Both the position numbers and the translations under genes were made by a program. From positions 9,114,001 through 9,178,000 of the forward strand of contig OX597832.1 in NCBI GenBank assembly GCA_951406725.2: a stretch of DNA of 64,000 nt, read 5' to 3'. The notes below the pieces were generated by a model that saw nothing but the letters and a program-made list of their open reading frames with translations, was not told the origin of the DNA and did not search any database. Shown one piece after another: positions 27,751 to 41,590 of this stretch (its first letter is position 1; the number at the start of each line of letters is the position of its first letter). This DNA comes from Octopus vulgaris. Its lineage: Eukaryota.

Positions 27751-29000
27751 TTATATATACATATATACGGCGGGATTCTTTCAGTTCCGTCTACCAAATT
27801 CACTCACAAGCCTTTGGTCGGCCCGAGGTTATAGTAGAAGACACTTGCCCAAGGTGCCACGCAGTGTGACTGAACACGGAACCACGTGGTTGGTGAGCAT
27901 GTTACTTACCACACAGCCACTCCTACGCCTAAATCAGTCAGTATTTTAGATCTACGATAAATTGTAGGAAAAATAAGTGATAGTTAATTTTTATGTCACT
28001 TACATTCTCATGCCTGTAGACTATATAGATATCTTTGCTGTGTGATAGCGTGACATTTCTTAGCTTAGCAAGAGTGACCTTGGATGGATTGATGTTTGGT
28101 GGAACGACGTCATTGTTGTCACTGAGAAAAAGACCAGCATGGTGAAGTAATTTTTTTCTTCTTCATTTTCTAACACATTGTTTCTAGGATCATGAAAGCT
28201 GCTTGAAAGTGTGGAGGAGATTTAGATGCTATTTCGTGAAAGTAAATCGACGTTTCACAGAATCCCTGGAAGAAATGTTTTGGATAAAGCAGATCTTTAT
28301 AAAGATTATAAATTGATTGCGGATTTGCAATGACAGAGGAAGGAGAAAACATAAGAAGGGAAAAAAGATGCGAATTAAGAGAGAGATACGGAGATAGGAG
28401 ATTAATTGTTAGAAAGCGCAGAGAAGAAAGGCAGAAAAGACTAACAGAAAAAAGTGCTATAGAGGAATATAGAGAAAGACGCATTGCTAAAGAAGTAGAA
28501 GTGATAGGACTGAGAGGTAGAAAGACAGAGTGGATAACATAAAGATGGGAAGAGAAAAGAAGGGGAGGAAAAAAACCGGATGAAATGAGGCGGAATCAAA
28601 ATGAAGCCAATTTTCAATTGAAGAAGGATTTCTGCAAACGAATAACGTTAATGACGGTGTCAAGCGGTGATTATGCAGTCCACCAACAATTTTTTTTTTA
28701 GGAATGCGATTGAATGGATGCAAACACATTTAACACATGGAACATTACAAAATTGTAATTGATTAAAATAGGAGGTGATTAAAATATTTCTAATGCTGGC
28801 AAGTATTATTCTCTTCATACTTCACGTCATATTTGAAGGACACTGCATATCGTGTATGTTTTCAAACATATGTTATCATACGAAACGTGCCGATAGGGAA
28901 CGATCGGACTAACATCGCTTTATGGGTGCGCAGGTGGATTACAGTGACACATTTCCGGGCTCTGCTTGCAATAAACACGCAGATTAAATGTAAATAATAA

Positions 29001-29076
<76 letters not shown>

Positions 29077-29122
29077 TAATAATAATAATAATGATAATGA
29101 TGATAATAATAATAATAACAAC

Positions 29123-29155
<33 letters not shown>

Positions 29156-29159
<4 letters not shown>

Positions 29160-29693
29160 GCCCTGATGCAGTACCAGGCAGTGGCTCTCATGGCTTCTGA
29201 TCTTAACTGATTGCAAGTGTTATCATGTACATTGTTTTGTCTTGGTATAAAAGATGAGCTACAGCAAATATTGAGCTTAATACCACAGATTTGCTTGTCA
29301 GTTGTTTGACTTTAACCAGTTGAGCATGTCCCTTAGTGGCTGACGATATGTGCATCTCTGATCACGAGCAGAAGTAGTGTTGAGAGGGATATTTTGGGGT
29401 TTGAATAATTCACCTCTGGAAACATGGGTGGTTCTTTCAACATCCTTAAACAACCCTTATTCAGCGACCTTTTGAGCGGGATGGGCTACTCAACCTGAAG
29501 AAAATTCTAACTGGGCCCCCACCTGCAAGGTCATATGCTGTTTATCCTGATATGAAATCACCATGTCGCGCACATATGGTTGTGATGCATGTGCCTGGTG
29601 TACCCTTATCAGACAGGTAGTCATGATGGGTATATTGGGCTTCGTATATTTTACCCCAGTATCACTTTGATGGCATGCACTGCTCTGTCACTC
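29156..29693 (+). mobile_element. (TAA)n-embedded element, copy 3 (both ends present)
   Basis: (TAA)n-AAATGCCCTGATGCAGTACCAGG...GCACTGCTCTGTCACTC-(AAT)n; small internal deletion. Confidence 0.9.
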
Positions 29694-29697
29694 AATG

Positions 29698-29757
<60 letters not shown>

Positions 29758-30480
29758 GTGATGATGATGATATTCGTGATTATGCTGAATGATAATATTT
29801 AGCTGCAGGCACATTCAGTCTTGTGGGTAGGAAAATATATAGCTTACACTCGACGAAATGGAGGACGTACTTAGCCTTTTTAAATTTTTTTTCATTACGC
29901 ATGGTCTTCTACAAAGGTGTGATATACTGATGCTTCTTCTCTCATAACACATGTCTGCCGGGCTGACTCTGTTCTTATAAGCAGTGTATACCTTAACACA
30001 GTCTGCCTCGATAACTTCAACGATACAATGGAAGTACGAACGTATTTCCTATTTCTATACTCGAGCTAAAAATTCGTATATGAACTTGGCAAAACACTTC
30101 ACTGCCTATAACTTCTACAATGTTACTGCTATTGTTATTTGTATCGCTTTCGCTTAGACTATCATTATTTATATCTTGCGAAATTGGTGTATTTAGCTAA
30201 TTGAATTTGCTCTGTTTATTTCTTTTGTCTACAGTCAATAAAAAATGTGAATTTGAGTATTTGTGGTGTTTTAAAATTTATAAGTTGTTGTTTTTTTTCA
30301 GTGATGGAAGAGAAAGAGAGAGAGAGACTAAAAGAATCTTAGCAAAATAAACTTAATACCTTATATTCTCTGTTTACCGTTTTGGTTTCCAAAAATATAC
30401 TTAACATAATTTCATCTGCTTGCATACTACGTTGAGAAGGAAGCGGTGATGGGCTTGAAGATAAAACAACAGAACATCAA

Positions 30481-30481
30481 A

Positions 30482-30552
<71 letters not shown>

Positions 30553-30596
30553 CACTACTACTACTACCACTACTATCACTACTGCTGCTGCTGCTG

Positions 30597-30656
<60 letters not shown>

Positions 30657-30672
30657 TATTATTATCATTATA

Positions 30673-30739
<67 letters not shown>

Positions 30740-30740
30740 G
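30481..30740. repeat. Compound (ACT)n/(GCT)n/(ATT)n microsatellite
   Basis: Directly visible. Confidence 0.95.
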
Positions 30741-31004
30741 TATTAGCCATTCAGTTACAGTGCTATAGAAAATGCGCATCCGTGTATTAGGAACTACTAA
30801 ATATTTCAACAGATGGAAAGAGGAGATAGGCTTTAAATCTAGTTTAGCACAGTTTTAGAAACAGTATTATTAGGGACAGCTAGTTTCTTAGCGTCTAGGG
30901 ATATTTGATGCAGCACGATATTAGGAAATGTTTCCAAAAGCCCAATCTATTCAGCGTATATAAAATATGTCATAATAATAATGATGATAATGATAATATA
31001 AAAT

Positions 31005-31378
31005 AGAAGGCAAACAACGTTGGATCATAAAAGTAGCATGCCCAGCTGGCAACAAGGTATGCGATAAGGACGATAGAAAAGTCGATAGATATAACAGGTT
31101 AACTTGGGAGGACAAGCAGTTGTCGGTGAAAAAGTAGTAGTAGTACCAATAATTTTCGGAGCCCTAGGAACAGTGAGTAAAAACCTTGAGAAGTACATGG
31201 AATAAATAGGAGCTGCAATAAGGGTGGAGCACTTGAAGAAAAGAGCATTGCTTGGAACCGCTCGAATACTCGATAAATAAGGTGCTCGAAAAATAAGGGG
31301 TGTTACCATAGTTCACTGGTAGTGAACAGTTGACACCGTAGTACATCTCCAACGTTAGAAGCTGTGCAAAGACAGTAA
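31005..31378 (+). mobile_element. R4/Dong-type LINE 3' end followed by (TAA)n
   Basis: WIIKVACPAGNKVCDKDDRKVDRY...VVVVPIIFGALGTVSKNLEKY...LKKRALLGTARIL, short 3'UTR, (TAA)n tail. Confidence 0.8.
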
Positions 31379-31466
<88 letters not shown>

Positions 31467-31497
31467 TTAATAATAATAATTCTCAAAATAATAATAA

Positions 31498-31812
31498 CTC
31501 TCAAAATACAAAGACCTGGAAATAGAGGTAACTAGAATGTGGAATCTGAAAACAGAAACAATTCCTATCATAGTAGGAGCATTAGGCATGATAAAAAAAT
31601 ATTCAGACAAATACATAACAAAAAGACCAGGACTTACAAACACATATAACATACAGAAAATTGCACTACTAGGCACTGCACACATCCTACGCAGAACACT
31701 TTCCATACAATAACCATCAGAGCATCACAACAAATCACAGCACATACCCAAGGCACACAGAGCTGCGCTCGGTAGTGAAGTGAAAGCACGCTATAAAAAT
31801 AAAACTACTGAA
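31498..31812 (+). mobile_element. R4/Dong-type LINE 3' end (second subfamily, well preserved) between (TAA)n tracts
   Basis: Open frame LSKYKDLEIEVTRMWNLKTETIPIIVGALGMIKKYSDKYITK.PGLTNTYNIQKIALLGTAHILRRTLSIQ*, then 3'UTR and (AAT)n. Confidence 0.85.
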
Positions 31813-32149
31813 TAATAATAATAATAATAGTAATGGGAAAGTAATAGATTGTCGGAAAGAACAAATACATGGTACCTTAGGCTGCTGACAGTAAGCCGGC
31901 GATCCATTCAATAATCCAGGATTTGCAACTAAACCGGAGATAAAAAATGAACTAATGATAATGATGATGGTGATGATCATAATAATCTCCACTGATATTT
32001 ATCTTGGGAATGATCCCCTTGAGCGAAACACTAGAGAAGTCAACGTTCGTGTTTGATTCGGCAGATGTACAATGCAAGAAAACCACTTGTTATTCATTTG
32101 ATAACTAGAACATGTTTACAAATAGAGAGGCAGGACAGTACGGTCTAGT

Positions 32150-32540
32150 TCAATCTCTGTAGATTTTCTTAGATAATATCAGGATGGAGTTTGGACTTTC
32201 AAAATGTGCTGTGATCGCGATAGGAATAGGGAAGCTGGTCAGAACAGAAGGTGTATGCATATCAAGTGGTGAGATGGTAAAATCGATTGGATCCGAATCC
32301 GGATATAAAAACCTGGAATTACTTGAGGCAAATGGAATTAAGCATAGTGTTATGAAGAAGACGATTAGGACGGAAAACCGGCGGTTACTGATCGAAATAT
32401 TAGATTTAAGGTTGAGTGCTCGACTCATAATATCGGCATTATACCGCGAACACTCGCAATGGTTCGGCATGAAGCCGGTATTCTGAAGTGGACAGAGGAT
32501 GAGTTAAAGGAATACGACAGTAAGACAAAAAAAGCTCTGT
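32150..32540 (+). mobile_element. R4/Dong-type RT thumb fragment
   Basis: ORF 32184-32486 MEFGLSKCAV...GKLV..EG...GYKNL.LLE matches the IGMEFGLDKCA...YKYLGILE segment of R4-clade RTs. Confidence 0.75.
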
Positions 32541-33526
32541 GGAGGAATATTAAAATTATTGAGATACCTATCCGAACGCAAGGAAAACTTGCTAGAGAAA
32601 TTTAAGGAATTTGAACTCAGAATGTAGCGACGGGTATTTCGTGCAGCGCACTAACGATTCTGACAGCTCACTAGCGATTCTGTCTTAACAGCAGCAGCAG
32701 CAACAACAACAACGATAATAATAATAATAATTCGTCACTTGTTAGAGAAGCTGTCGAGTGATTCTTTTGTCCCCCACTACTGAAGCGAACATCACCACGA
32801 CGGTCCCATATTTCTTCTCCTTGGACACATAGGTTTTGTTTTTCCACATTGGTTTTAGGCATTTTTCTATCTGTCGCTCTGATGCCTGCCCCATATTCCT
32901 ATTTTTCGCTCAAACTCTTTTATATAGAACTGTCCTCAAATTAATTTCTTACTGGAATTTCTTTGCTAGGAATGTTTAGATCCACTTGTCTGACACATTT
33001 CTCCGACATGCATTTTGCATTCATGAATTCATTTTCGACTTGATTTGCATTTCTTGATTTTATTGCATTTTTGTCAATTATGTTGACAATTATGGTGGTG
33101 TTGGACCTGCTGCTGGCACCAGCTATAGCGTGGAGGTGTCAGTGTTTTCGTTTGTATAGTTGGCTTTTGTATTTTTTGTTTTGTTTGGTTTCTACGATAG
33201 TGAAGGGGAGGACAGAAGGAAGGGAATCTCGTTTTCATGTTTCACGTGCGCTAATAGTCTTGTTGCTGCTGCTGCTACACCAAACACTGTCTTTCACGAC
33301 TTGGCTGTCCTCTCTTCCGGACAACCGGCTCTTCCATTCAGTAGACGGACAATTGTCTTTGGCTATTTTTGATTTTAGCAAAACAAATTAGGATCGCCTT
33401 AGCCCAGACACCGAAAAGAACTTGGAAAAGAACTAACCAGCTACCCAAGTTCCTGGTTTGTTTAACTCCGTAACAATAACAAATGTAAAATGTATGTGTA
33501 ACAGCAAAACTTAAGTAATAATAAAT

Positions 33527-34102
33527 AAATGACCTAACGCAGTACCAAGCAGTGGCTCTCACCGCCTTTGAGCTTAACTGACTGGAAGTATTATGTACAT
33601 ATTTTGGATTGGTACAAAAGATGGGCCACAGCAATTATTCTGCTCAATACCGCACGCTTACTTTTCACTTGCTTGACCTTCGCCAGGTAAAACTGTAACT
33701 TAGTGGCTGATGATATGTGCATTTCTGATCACGAACAGAAGTATCTGGGGATCATCACAGCCATGTGTTGAGAGGAATGCTTTGGTGTCTGGATAAGTCA
33801 CCACTGGAAATATAAGACTTTCATTCAATATCCTTAAACAGTCCTTATTCAGGAATCGTTCGAGCTACTCGATCTGAAGAAAATTCTAGCTGGGACCCAC
33901 CTGCAAGGTCATGTGTTGATTATCGTGATATGAGATCACCATGTGGCGAACATGTTTGTTATGCATGGGCCTGGTGTATCGCCATCTTGTTAAGCATATG
34001 CCTGGTGTATCGCCATCAGACGGGTGGTCATGATGGGTATTTTTGGCATTGTATATTTGTACCCTCAGTGTCTTTTTGATGGCATGCACTGCCCTCTCAG
34101 TC
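33527..34102 (+). mobile_element. (TAA)n-associated element, copy 4 (older, with a small internal duplication)
   Basis: Collinear with copy 3; cctggtgtatcgccatc duplicated at ~33970 and ~34001; short TAA runs at both ends. Confidence 0.85.
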
Positions 34103-34509
34103 AATAATAATAACTAGAAGAAGAAGAAAAAGAAGAAGATTGAGAAAAAGAAGGAAAAGACCACGATGATGCCGAACAAGAACAAACCGAATTTTCAGAA
34201 TTGAGAAATATTTTCATAGGCTTCATGCGACCCGCTCTTGAAGAATGAAGACATAACACGAGATTTCCATCAAGTTTACACGAAACATTTTTTTCTAATT
34301 CTTTCTCCTGTTTTTTTCTTGTTTTAACGAATTAAGAACAAGACAAACTTGTAAACAGATTTATTTTCGTAGTAATGTTTTCATCTTTCATTGCTATGAC
34401 CTTAGTACGATTTCATGTAAGAGGAAAGTATACTGTTAAAAGAAAATTTATGATCAAAATGAGAGTGTGTTTTATATTGCGGAACTACCACTTCTATATC
34501 GTCCTATTT

Positions 34510-34540
<31 letters not shown>

Positions 34541-34711
34541 AACAACTACTACTACGACTGCTGCTGCTACTGCTGATGTTGCTGCTACAGCTGCTGTTGC
34601 TGCTGCTGCTCCTCCTCTTCCTCCTCCAACTAGTACTACTACTACTACAACTACTACTACGACTGCTGCTGCTACTGCTGATGTTGCTGCTACTGCTGCT
34701 GTTGCTACTGC

Positions 34712-34773
<62 letters not shown>

Positions 34774-34875
34774 AAAACTAATAATAATAATAATAATAAT
34801 GATAATAATAATGATAATAATAATGATAATAATAATGATAATAATAATAATTATGATAATGATAATTATAATTGT
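34510..34875. repeat. Compound (CTA)n/(CTG)n/(AAT)n microsatellite with internal block duplication
   Basis: Block actacaacaactactactacgactgctgctgctactgctgatgttgctgctac occurs twice in near-identical form. Confidence 0.9.
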
Positions 34876-34981
34876 AACAATGAACCTGTTATTGGCCGTT
34901 ATATTTCGAAAAGGTTCCATTGAGTTGCAACTAAATATGTTTTGCCGTGCTTTAATTGTCACACTTAAGTAATATGCCACG

Positions 34982-35195
34982 GAGGCAGCGAGCTGGCAGA
35001 ATCGTTAGTGTGCTGGGCAAAGTGCTTAGAAGCATTTTGTCCGTCTTTACATTCTGAGTCCGAATTCCGCCGAGATCTAATTTGCCTTTTATCCTTTCGT
35101 GGTCGATACAATAAATACCAGCTGAACGTTGGTGTCGATGTATTCGAATGATCCAGGATCCCGAACTTGTTTGACTTGTACTAAATGTTTTAACC
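34982..35195 (+). mobile_element. Family A SINE
   Basis: gaggcagcgagctggcagaatcgttag...gcctttta tcctttcgtggtcgata. Confidence 0.8.
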
Positions 35196-36348
35196 AATAT
35201 TATATGACAGGAGTTTCCATACTCCTGCATTTCTCGTATAGTCATTATATTTGACCGCATTCAAGGACAGACAAAATTATTTCATGATTTGCCATTCTCT
35301 ATAAAGAAAATGGTATGAACACTCATGGCTTTGTGGTTAGGTTGTTGCACACCCGATTTCAAGAGCGTGGCTTGAATTTTTGAATCCGTTGGCGTGAGCA
35401 AAAATACCTCCTCACAAGTGGCATTTTGTTAAGTTCGATACCTTAAATGTAGTACAATGTGCACCTATCCAGGCTACTTTGATTTTAACGAGGAGGTAAC
35501 CAAATGAACAGCATACACATTTGATCTCTATAAACGAATCCTTTTCGTAGGATTCACAGCAAGAAATTGGACTTCCAATAAATTGTTCTTTAATCAGAAT
35601 AATTGACTATTTTTTTGAGACAAAGGATAATAATTGTCTTTCTTGCTGCCCTTAGAATATTTTCTCCACGCAAGTTGATAGGGACCTTTGGGATACAGTC
35701 ACTCAGTTGTACATTTTATATTGCATTTTGGTATTTAAAATGATTGAACCCAAGAAAAGAGATATGCTACAGATGCGAAAATTCATCCATATTTTCATTT
35801 CATGTTTGAAGAAGTTTGTCTGCTCTGAGTGCCAAAATTATCATTGCTGATTTTGTAATTATCGACAAGAATATTCTCAGTATCACTTAGAATTTTTTTT
35901 TTTCTGAAAATGTTTTGTTACTTTTTAATCATGTCGTCACTTTTGTAAAGTTGGTACACTCGTAATTTCTTCTGCTTCATATTCACAATATAGTATTTTT
36001 ATTTTGATTTTGATAGGTATTACTTTCCTGACTTGTCGCCATTACAAATTTAGACGAACGGATAGCAGAACAACAGATTAGAATAAATTGAAAATAGCTT
36101 TTGCACAAAAACAGTTCTATAATAAACATTAGCTTGTAAATTTGGACTACGTGACAAAAACATGTAAGCATATTAATCAAATATCTTGAAAAAAAAGGTG
36201 TTAATAGCCAATGCGTCGTCTGAAGGCGTTATAGAGTTAAAATGACATTAAGTTCAACCAAACCATAAAAACATAAAATGCTCAATTGAATTTTTCCACT
36301 TGACCCTCGCTCCTCCTCCTCCTCCTCTTACTACTACTACTACCACTA

Positions 36349-36397
<49 letters not shown>

Positions 36398-39300
36398 CGC
36401 TATGGCTGCTGCTTGTACTAACACATAATAATATGCGTATAATAATACTCCCTTCTATTAATACTCCAGGCACAGGGCAAGGAATTTGGTTGGAGGAATT
36501 AGTAGATTATATGGAGCCCAGTTATATAAGGATAAAAGACAAAGTTGACCGCGGTGGAATTTTAACTAAGGGCTCTCTCGCATCTTGTAGAAGGAGAATA
36601 ACTTTCATTATTATTGTTTGTATGTAACAAAACAAAGACAGAAACAAAACACTCTTGGTTTTGCAACACGTAGGCATGTGCCTTTTTCTCTCTCTATTTA
36701 TTCATTCTGAAATGCTTTCTAAGTCCATCCAATCCACAAAAGGAATCCGGGTGTTTGTCTTTCAGTCGAATGTTTTTTGGAGAGGAGAGACATAAGCTTT
36801 CGAACGATAGATTTGTTTGTAAAAGCTTCAATATTGCCAAGCATAGAACGAATGTACACACTACTTACTTTTTTATGGCTGTGCGATCTTTCAAATCCAG
36901 ACAATTTACTATTGTTTTCTTTCTCTTGTTTGACTAACGTTTAGCTTTTGTTGCCTGTAATTTTGTAACCTCTTTTCTCTTTATACATATATGGTACTAA
37001 CATTTACGTCTGTTTGTATTAGAGGGGAGTGTTTATTATGCTTTGTAGCACCATGATTGTAGTACTCCAACATTTGATGCAAGCATGATGAAACGTTGCT
37101 GGTAAAATGCTTAAATGCGCAAATAAATAGGCTGATGTTCAGTCGTTATTTCGTCTACTATGATCTCAACAACTTGGAGACAAATTATCCAAAGAGATAA
37201 CTTACTACAATACCCAAAATATTCATTTCACGTGAATTCAATATAACATTTCAAAATTATCGGGTGTTAGATGCATAAATAAATCAACTTTAATTCGTAC
37301 AATACATTGCCATTTTAATACCATTTTGGCATCGCCCAAACGATATTTCGTTATATTTTATGCAGTCAAATGTTACATAAAAATTTGATTTGAATTTACA
37401 AATTACAAAATATGTCGTACTAAACTGTCAGAGAATATGAAAAATAACTGCTGCACTGTAGTGGAATTTCTGTTATTTTATGGTTCTTCTATGTGGAATG
37501 TAGCAATGTATTTGAAACTATACCGGATGTCCCCCATATGTACATGCATTGTGCTGATTAAATTATGTCAGGGGAATAACTGTCGCAAGTAGACAAAGCG
37601 TTAAAAGAAGAAAATGTGATTTTGCTCGACACTGCTGGAGAGTTGATGAGGCACAACTTCATTTTGAAACAAGTTAGCTGTTCAAATGTTTATCGGACAC
37701 TTTGAGACTAGCTGTAATGATCTGTTATAATATAACAGTAAATGCCGTGAAGACATATCGTATGATATGGAAGATGAAGTTGGTAAAAGACGAGGGTCTT
37801 GTGAATCAGGACAGACACTTGATAATAATGATGATGAAGATGAAGATGATGATGATTTTGGTTGCAGTGGGGAAGGGAGTGATGATCATGATGAGTAATG
37901 CTTGTAAGCAATTTCAGTAAAGGATGTTTTGCCAAGACAGATCAAATTTTAATAGATATCGCGTATTAGTGACCTCATACTCGCTGAAAGAATCAAGAAG
38001 GAATTTATTGGTAAGTAAATATATTATATATAAATTTATACTATAAAATAAAAAGGCTCTCATATACGTTCTTTATTTGAAAAATCTGGAAATGTTTCCA
38101 GTATATCAATTTCGAAAATACAAGTCTAAGAAAATGAACATCGGGTTTTTCAAATTATCACAGCAACGAAGAGGGGTCATTTTGTTTTGACACGACATCT
38201 TCCAACCAATCAATTTATGTTGTGCCATATTACATTAAATATTCATGGACCACTGCAAACGTGATGATTAACATTAATGATTTACCTACTGACATTTCCA
38301 CACGTTATTTTCTTTCATAATTGTCATCCCTCTCCACCTTACTGCATTCCATTCATATGTCTCTCGTTGCTCTCAAGTACGCTTGCGTAGTTTTCTGACT
38401 CTGCATAATCGGCATCTAAATGTATCAAGATGTTACCAGCGCAAGGTTTTATCGAACATCTGCAATACCTATCATATTACATTCTAATACTCTAAGGTCA
38501 TTGCTGTATTCATAAGCAATATTTCGTTTCTCTCACCAATGCTGTTTCTGTAGAACCAGATGCACTGTTGGCTTTCTCTTCCTCGTTAACTTTCAGCAGG
38601 CGCTTGCCTTGGAGAAGTTTGATGGAAATAATTATGTTACATTCGACGTGTCTAGAATAGGAATCTTCTTTTAAAAGTGAGTGCTTAGGTTTTGGATTGA
38701 TAGTTTCCTTGTCAGAAGACACCCTGGCTTCGTGTATTCACTGACCCTTTTCTATCCTTCAAACGTTCAACTTCAGTGATTCCCTACAGACGGATTTTGT
38801 CGTATACGCTGCTCCTTCTATAAGTTCAATTTATTACCTCCCCCCACACACATCCAACAATACCCAGTTTTACACAGGTTGCGCAACGAATTATTGCATT
38901 CTAATGTTAGCAATCGATTCAACACCCATTTCTCAAATGCACACTGCCTTCTTAAGCTACAATCTCGAAAATGTACTTATATAGAGAATTGGTGTTTGGT
39001 TTCTTTCACCTGTATTCTAGCAAACACTCTTCATTTCATGGTCAGATGTTTGATACCACAAATTTGTTGGGAGTATATAAAACACTTTCACAAGCAAAAT
39101 GTTGTATTGCGTCACCTTCTGGGATTTTTCTTGTAGTGGTACATTGTAGTGGCGTCATATCGAATATCAGGGAAACGGACAACTCATCTGAGTAGCATTA
39201 AGTCGTTCTGAGAAAAGATCAGCCTCTGGCACTCAGGCTCTCTTTCTCTGTCTATCCTTATTATCTCTCTCTCTTTCTTTTTGTCTCTTCTTCTCTCCCG

Positions 39301-39984
39301 TTCTCTTTCTCACTCTTTTTCTCAGCATTTTCTACTGGCGTTAAAATGGTCTCTACTCGTTACAAATGATGGACATACCATCTGCAATAAAAATGTTTTG
39401 CGTTAATTATATAACAAAAGGAAAAAACCCAACACATTTATCTGACAAATCAATACATATATTTTCAATATTAAGCTCATTATTTTTCTGGAAATACTAA
39501 TCTGTAACGTTCTGTGTTGATATCACATTAACCACCACGTCAGTTTTTAAAATTATTTACTCACTCTTTCCTTATTAAAACACATATAGATACTTACCGA
39601 TCAAACAGTAAAGTAAATGAGTAATAACGATACGCGAAGCAACACTAACAGTTTTGTTGCTCGCAGTCATTCATGATCTTGTATCTGCATTTTCTCTGTA
39701 TTGCTTAAACATTTGTATCGTAATCTGTTTCGTCTATATTCAGTATAATTTTCTTAGCTTACCCTTTTACACATTCTCACGGTGTTTTGCATTCGCTAGG
39801 AGAATAAAGAGCAAACCAAACACGTTGTTGGAATCTTTAAAACACATCTTCCTCAGCCCATGTGATGTTGCTGTTGCAGTTGTTTAACTCCTTGTCACAC
39901 TCGATCACCCAGCACAAAAACATACCAACCGTGACTGCTAATGTTATTTATTTACCATTATTAGTTTATGTGATTTAAATGTCG

Positions 39985-40400
39985 TGAGCTGGCAGAATCG
40001 TTACCCTGCCGGGCAAAATGCTTGGCGTTCTTCGTCTGTATTTACGTCCTCAGCTAAAATTCCGCTGACGGCAACTTTCCCTTTCATCATTTCGGGATCG
40101 ATAACATAAGTAACAACAAAGTACTGATGTCAAAGTAATCGACTTATTCCCTCCCCTGAAATTGCTGGCCTTGTGCCAAAGTTTGCAATCATTATTGTAT
40201 GTTCTTAAGGCGGTAAACTAGAAGAACCATCGACGTACTAACGAACCGTCCAGCTCTTAACGCTCTGAGTCCAAATGTCACTGAGTTCGATTTTCCGTTT
40301 AATCCTTCGGAGATCGAAAACATATTTACCTCTTGTGCACTAAGGTCGCTGTAATCGACAATACCTCTCCGACAAAATGCTGACTTTCTGCCAAAATACG
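39985..40400 (+). mobile_element. Two older family A SINEs in tandem
   Basis: Heads at ~39985 and ~40208, each followed by the family body. Confidence 0.7.
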
Positions 40401-40720
40401 AAAGAATTCTTTCCTGTCCTCGTTTTTTATGAAGTTGGACTGCGGTATTAAGAGGAGACCGCAACTGTTTCTAGCCGTGATTTTTCCGATTATTATTGCA
40501 ATTTAAATATTGATTTGAAATTATGGTACAATGTCATCAATTTTTGGAGATGAATTAAGTCAATTATTTTCTGTTATTTATTTTTCCTAAGACGGTGAAA
40601 TGGGATTTCATGCGAAGTACAATAATTCAACTTTCAGCAAGTATATTAAATGCAAAGAAGTTTCGACGTGATCTCGTTTATAGTCGTAACTGCATTCGCG
40701 GCTGTGTCCTAGATATATAC

Positions 40721-40942
40721 CTATTTCTTTATTACCCACAAGGGGCTAAACACAGAGGGGACAAACAAGGACAGACATAGGTATTAAGTCGATTACATCG
40801 ACCCCAGTGCGTAACTGGTACTTAATTTATCGACCCCGAAAGGATGAAAGGCAAAGTCGACCTCGGCGGAATTTGAACTCACAACGTAACGCAGACGAAA
40901 TACCGCTAAGCATTTCGCCCGGCGTGCTAACGTTTCTGCCAG
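40721..40942 (-). mobile_element. Young family A SINE
   Basis: Near-identical to the units at 48274-48440. Confidence 0.9.
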
Positions 40943-41039
40943 ATATATACCATTTAACCGTTATCGTTTTAGTCATCAGAGTGCAATGATGTGGGAGCCC
41001 CGCCTTGAAGAGTTTCCAAGCGAATGAATAGAAAGCAGT

Positions 41040-41377
41040 ACTTAGTTCTCGTTTAGTACTTAGTCCATCATTCACTTTTGCTGAACCACTATGTTACGGG
41101 AACTGAAACGCAACAATTCCGGTTGTCAAGCGATGGTAGGGGACAAACGCAGAAGCACAGACACAAATGTAACCACATATAGATAGTTGGCGATATTTTC
41201 CTCGGTCTTCCTTTTCTTTTGGACTTTCATCTATCTCGTGTTTCTGAAGCAGAGCTTGCTCGAAACGTAAAACTACCTTTCTTTCCTTCCATGACCGTCT
41301 ACTAATACTTTGCGTGTACCACGTCCTCACATTGTTGTTTTTTCTTGTGTTTTTTCATCGTCTCTTTTGGATTATAT

Positions 41378-41454
<77 letters not shown>

Positions 41455-41590
41455 CGACGTGTTTCTCTCTATTTTCGTCTACCAAATCCCCAAACAAGGC
41501 TATGTTAAAGGAAAATTCTCGAAAGTGTCACACGGTTGTATTGAACTCAGAACCAGGTCGATGGGAAGCAAACTTCTTATCACACAACCA
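41040..41590 (-). mobile_element. Family B SINE interrupted by a hammerhead cassette (~41180-41375)
   Basis: SINE halves at ~41040-41170 and 41453-41590; the insert carries GTTT-CTGAAGC-A-GAGC-TT-GCTC-GAAA-CG-TA-AAAC at 41240-41273 (plus). Confidence 0.7.

Noticed and set aside
29170-29385. Short matches of the TAA element to U1 snRNA (TACC.GGCAG.GG, TGATCACGA, GTAGTGGGGGA in other copies)
   Set aside because: Spacing is not collinear with U1 and the matches are too short to support snRNA origin.
38510-38722. 70-aa non-repetitive ORF
   Set aside because: No recognisable motif, non-ATG start and no splice context I can support.
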